A stretch of DNA of 64,000 bases from an uncultured Actinomycetes bacterium (GTDB lineage: Bacteria; Actinomycetota; UBA4738; HRBIN12). The stretch spans positions 608,001 through 672,000 of the forward strand of contig OY969934.1 of assembly GCA_963704725.1 (NCBI GenBank). Reading direction: 5' to 3'. Positions within the stretch are counted from its first letter, which is position 1; every line of letters begins with the position of its first letter. Below are positions 60,497-64,000 of this stretch, one piece after another. The notes under the pieces were generated by a model. It saw nothing but the letters and a program-made list of their open reading frames with translations, made no database searches and was not told where the DNA came from. Both the position numbers and the translations under genes were made by a program.

Positions 60497-61842
60497 CCCT
60501 GGCGACGACTCCCTCCTCCTCGACACGCCCGTTCCCCACGCCGCTCGAGGCCCTTCGGTCCTTCCGAGCCGACCCCCTCGGCCTGCTCCTCGGGCTCGCG
60601 AGGGAGCGAGGAGACGTCGTCTCGATGGACATGGGGCGGTTCCACGTGTTCCTGCTCAGCCACCCCGACCACGTGAAGGACGTCCTCGTGGTCAACCACG
60701 CGCGGTTCGAGAAGGGCGACGTCCTGCTGGAGGCCAAGCGTCTCCTCGGCGACGGTCTGCTGACCAGCGAGGGCGAGCTCCACCGGCAACAGCGCCGGTT
60801 GATCCAACCCGTCTTCCATCATCGACGGATGGCGGAGTACACGGACCTCATGGTCGAGCGGGCGGCGCGGGTCACCGACGGATGGCGCGATGGCGAGGTG
60901 GTCGACGTCCCCGACGCGATGGTCCTGCTCACGATGTCGGTGCTGGCGAAGACCGTTCTGGACGCCGACATCGAGGACCACGAGGCTCGGCTGACCGGCC
61001 GCGCTCTCGCCACGTGCCTCGACATGTTCGGACGCCTCGCGTCGCCCTACGCGCGGCTCCTGGACCAGATCCCCTCGCGCAGGAACCGGGAGTTCGAGTG
61101 GGTCCTCGGGGTCTTCGACGAGATCGTCGTGCGGTTGATCGAGGCGCGGCACACCGCCGGCACCGACGGCGGCGATGTGCTCTCGCAGCTCATGCGGGTA
61201 CGAGACGAGGCGACGGGCCGGGCCATGCCCGATCGGCAGCTCCGGGACGAGGTGCTCACGTTCATGGTCGCCGGGCACGAGACCTGGTCCAACTCCCTCG
61301 CTTGGACCTGGTACCTGCTCTCGCAGAACCCGACGGCGCGCGAGGCCATGGAGGCCGAGCTCGACGAGGTCCTCGGAGAGGACCGGGCCGACGCCGACGC
61401 CGCTCGGGCGCTTCCGTACACGAACGCGGTGTTCACCGAGGCTCTCCGCCTGTACCCACCGGCGTGGACCGTGGGGCGCAAGGCGCTCGTCGATCACACG
61501 ATCGGCGGGCACGCGATCCCCGCAGGCTCGATCGTGCTGATCTCTCCGTACGTCGTTCACCGGGACCCGCGATGGTTCCCCGAGCCGTCGGCGTTCCGGC
61601 CCGAGCGCTGGCTCGGCGAGGCCGTCGGTCGGACCCCGACCTTCGCCTACCTCCCGTTCGGCGCGGGCCCGCGCGTCTGCATCGGGCAGCCGCTCGCCAC
61701 GCTGGCCGGCGTCCTGTTCCTGTCGACGATCGCGCGCCGGTGGCGGCTCGATCTCGTTCCCGGTCACCCGGTCACCCCGGAGGCACCCCTCCTCCGGCCC
61801 GCCCATGGCATCCCGATGATCGCTCGGGAGCGCGATCGATGA
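60493..61842 (+). CDS. Cytochrome P450
   Basis: GLLTSEG, I-helix AGHET, ExxR (EALR), FRPERW and heme motif FGAGPRVCIG. GTGA overlap. Confidence 0.97.
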   Translation: MTLATTPSSSTRPFPTPLEALRSFRADPLGLLLGLARERGDVVSMDMGRFHVFLLSHPDHVKDVLVVNHARFEKGDVLLEAKRLLGDGLLTSEGELHRQQRRLIQPVFHHRRMAEYTDLMVERAARVTDGWRDGEVVDVPDAMVLLTMSVLAKTVLDADIEDHEARLTGRALATCLDMFGRLASPYARLLDQIPSRRNREFEWVLGVFDEIVVRLIEARHTAGTDGGDVLSQLMRVRDEATGRAMPDRQLRDEVLTFMVAGHETWSNSLAWTWYLLSQNPTAREAMEAELDEVLGEDRADADAARALPYTNAVFTEALRLYPPAWTVGRKALVDHTIGGHAIPAGSIVLISPYVVHRDPRWFPEPSAFRPERWLGEAVGRTPTFAYLPFGAGPRVCIGQPLATLAGVLFLSTIARRWRLDLVPGHPVTPEAPLLRPAHGIPMIARERDR

Positions 61843-63533
61843 CCGCCGTGGCGGCGACGCTCGCGGAGGCACTCGAGTCGGCCACGACCACGCCATCCGA
61901 GCTCGTGTTCCACCTCTCGGGGGGCGAGACGCGGGTCCCCGCGTCCGCGCTGTTGGAGCAGGCCCGGGCCGGCGCCACAGCCCTTGCGGAACGCGGGGTC
62001 GGCCGTGGCGACACGGTGGGCATCCTTGGCCCGAACGGGCCGCAGTGGGCGCGGTGGGCGTTCGCCGCATGGACGGCAGGGGCGACGGTCGTCCCGCTCC
62101 CGTACCACCTTCGGACCCGCGACTCGGAGGCCTTCCGCGAGCAGCTCGGGGTCCTGGTGCGAGCGGCGGGCTGCCGGGTGGCCCTGGCCGATCCCCGCTT
62201 CATCCCCTTCCTTCCTCCGGGCCTGGGCTTGGAGTGGGACGCCGAGCTCCCACGAGCCGTCCCCGCTCATGTGCGGGAGCCCCGTCCGGAGGACGTCGCG
62301 GTGATCCAGTTCACCTCGGGCAGCACGTCCATGCCGAAGGGCGCGACCCTGTCGCATCGCGCCGTCCTGGCGGGGGTGCGGAACTCCGCGGCAGGGCAGG
62401 GTCTCGACTCGGCCTCGTGCGTCCAACTCTCCTGGCTCCCCTTCTTCCACGACTGGGGGTTGTTCGGCTACCTCGTGTGGGCGGTGGTGTTGGGGACGCA
62501 GACGCACGTCCTGCCGACCGAGCGCTTCGCCCGGGACCCGTCGGAGTGGCTGCGCCTGGTCGGCAGGGTCGGAGCGACGCAGACCCCCGGCCCGACCTCG
62601 GCCTGGGACGCGGCGCTCCGCGTCGCGAGCCGCCGGCCCAGGGACATCGATCTGTCCACGCTCCGGGCGTGCACCATGGCGGCAGAGGCGATCGAGCCTC
62701 GGGTTCTGGACCGGCTGCTCGAGCAGGGGGCCCGGCTCGGCCTGCGCCCCGAGGCGCCCAACGGGGGCTACGGTATGGCCGAGTCCACGCTCGCCGTGAC
62801 CGTGGGTCGCGTGGACGAGCCCATCAAGGTCGACTCCGTGGATCGGCAGGAGCTCGTGTCGGCCGGCCGTGCCTCGCCGGGCGAGGGACCGGGCGCCAAA
62901 CGCGTCGTCTCCTGCGGTCCCCCGGTGCCGGGCGCGGAGGTGCGGATCGCGGGTGGGAACGGCCGGGCGCTCGAGCGCAGGGTTGGAGAGATCCTCCTTC
63001 GCGGACCGTCGCTCACGAACGGCTACCTCGGAGACGACCGTGGCCTCCCGTTCGTCGACGGCTGGCTGTGCACCGGCGACCTCGGCTATGTCTCCGACGG
63101 TGAGCTCTACGTCACGGGGAGGATCAAGGACATCGTCATCGTCATGGGCCACAACTACCCGGCCCAGGACCTCGAGTGGGCCGCCGAGCGGGTCGAGGGC
63201 GTCCGCGTCGGGCGGAGCATCGCGCTCGCCACCACCGAGACGGAGGGGGAGGCGGTCGTGATCGTTGAGCCGAGCGGGGCCGTCGACGTCGCCGGGCTTC
63301 CGCGGCGGGTGTGGCGGGCGGTCGCCGACGCCATCGGGGTCGTCCCACGCGAGGTCGTCGTGCTCGCGCCGGGGTCGGTTCCGATGACGACGAGCGGGAA
63401 GCTCCGCCGGAGCTGGGTTCGGGACTCCTACGTGGCGGGCGATCTCGATCCGCTCGTGCTGGCCCGGGGCCCGGCCTCCGCAGGCCCGGCCGAGGGTGTG
63501 GCGGCCGAGGTACCGGCCGAGGTGCAGGCGTGA
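61839..63533 (+). CDS. Fatty acyl-AMP ligase (FAAL)-type adenylation enzyme
   Basis: IQFTSGSTSMPKG, SWLP.FHD.GL, YGMAESTLAVT plus FAAL-type segment VDRQEL...SCG.P, TGDLG, GRIKD and TTSGK.RR. ATGA overlap. Confidence 0.92.
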   Translation: MTAVAATLAEALESATTTPSELVFHLSGGETRVPASALLEQARAGATALAERGVGRGDTVGILGPNGPQWARWAFAAWTAGATVVPLPYHLRTRDSEAFREQLGVLVRAAGCRVALADPRFIPFLPPGLGLEWDAELPRAVPAHVREPRPEDVAVIQFTSGSTSMPKGATLSHRAVLAGVRNSAAGQGLDSASCVQLSWLPFFHDWGLFGYLVWAVVLGTQTHVLPTERFARDPSEWLRLVGRVGATQTPGPTSAWDAALRVASRRPRDIDLSTLRACTMAAEAIEPRVLDRLLEQGARLGLRPEAPNGGYGMAESTLAVTVGRVDEPIKVDSVDRQELVSAGRASPGEGPGAKRVVSCGPPVPGAEVRIAGGNGRALERRVGEILLRGPSLTNGYLGDDRGLPFVDGWLCTGDLGYVSDGELYVTGRIKDIVIVMGHNYPAQDLEWAAERVEGVRVGRSIALATTETEGEAVVIVEPSGAVDVAGLPRRVWRAVADAIGVVPREVVVLAPGSVPMTTSGKLRRSWVRDSYVAGDLDPLVLARGPASAGPAEGVAAEVPAEVQA

Positions 63534-63805
63534 AGGAGGCGATCGCCGCCTACATCGCCGAGGAGATCCTCGGAGACGAGACCCCAACGGACCTCACCCA
63601 CGACACGCCCCTCCTGTCCTCGGGCCTGCTGGACTCCCTGTCCGTTGAGCAGCTCCTCCTGTTCCTGGAGGACGAGATCGGGGTCCCCTTCGAGGAGGAC
63701 GACTACTCGGCCGAGAACTTCGAGACGATCGACGCGATCGATCGCCTCGTCCAGCGCAAGATGGGGTCGGCTGCTTCCGATAGGAGTGGTGGGAACCCCA
63801 CCTGA
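63530..63805 (+). CDS. Acyl/peptidyl carrier protein
   Basis: TPLLSSGLLDSL (phosphopantetheine Ser), FLEDE.GV and ENFETIDAI. GTGA overlap. Confidence 0.92.
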   Translation: MKEAIAAYIAEEILGDETPTDLTHDTPLLSSGLLDSLSVEQLLLFLEDEIGVPFEEDDYSAENFETIDAIDRLVQRKMGSAASDRSGGNPT

Positions 63806-63850
63806 GCACCTCGCGTCCAAGCGGAGCCACCGACTCCGTGAGGTGATCTC

Positions 63851-64000
63851 GTGAAACCGAACGCGAAGTGGGGTGCCGCCGGACTGATCCTCGGGCTCGC
63901 GATCGCACTGACGCTCCCGACGATCGCCCAGGAGTCACCCAGCCCCGAGACGGGGAGCTCCGACAGGACCGTCGCGACCAACGGCGCCGCCATCATCCGG
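63851..64000 (+). CDS. Secreted protein, probably SIMPL/DUF541 family (truncated by the window end)
   Basis: SD GAGGTG and GTG 63851: VKPNAKWGAAGLILGLAIALTLPTIAQ...DRTVATNGAAIIR (signal peptide, then an RTV...G strand). Confidence 0.55.
   Translation, partial: MKPNAKWGAAGLILGLAIALTLPTIAQESPSPETGSSDRTVATNGAAIIR

Noticed and set aside
57025-63805. tRNA-anchored genomic island or prophage carrying the FAAL/P450 cluster
   Set aside because: No integrase or duplicated tRNA 3' end was seen, and the cluster lies on the 5' side of tRNA-Lys.

Overview
A very GC-rich, mostly core-chromosomal window from an actinobacterium. HspR with a HAIR operator, a GT87 gene near rpsF, the Glu-Asp-Phe/Lys tRNA cluster and many leaderless genes support this; a deep-branching lineage is plausible but is inference. 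In order, it holds: a truncated NarL regulator; two GT-C mannosyltransferases; a two-component pair; panB; the rpsF-ssb-rpsR-rplI operon with an S6:S18 leader; an inverted pair of structured ~150-bp repeats around a GNAT and a membrane gene; a DnaA-box cluster and dnaB; nth; a uORF plus an out-of-place secE; a BadF-type kinase; tRNA-Gly; trpD; dcd; a kinase/regulator/giant HEAT-repeat unit; a FadF-like Fe-S oxidoreductase; an extended heat-shock operon (dnaK-hsp20-grpE-dnaJ-hspR-GNAT-GNAT-clpB); a PspC/LiaF/LemA envelope-stress cluster; a large pur cluster with a degenerate purE; a 2-oxoacid dehydrogenase E1a/E1b/E2 operon; four more tRNAs; and a compact coupled cluster of tandem hydrolase-fold protein, P450, fatty acyl-AMP ligase and ACP. 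No CRISPR array, transposase, integrase or rRNA was seen. Best candidates for something new: (1) the PKS/NRPS-free hydrolase-P450-FAAL-ACP cluster, (2) the hydrophobic uORF ahead of an extra secE, (3) the covarying inverted repeats, (4) a PurE lacking its catalytic His, (5) two acetyltransferases inside the HspR operon, and (6) CTG start codons including rpsF. All calls come from reading motifs by eye; no searches were run.
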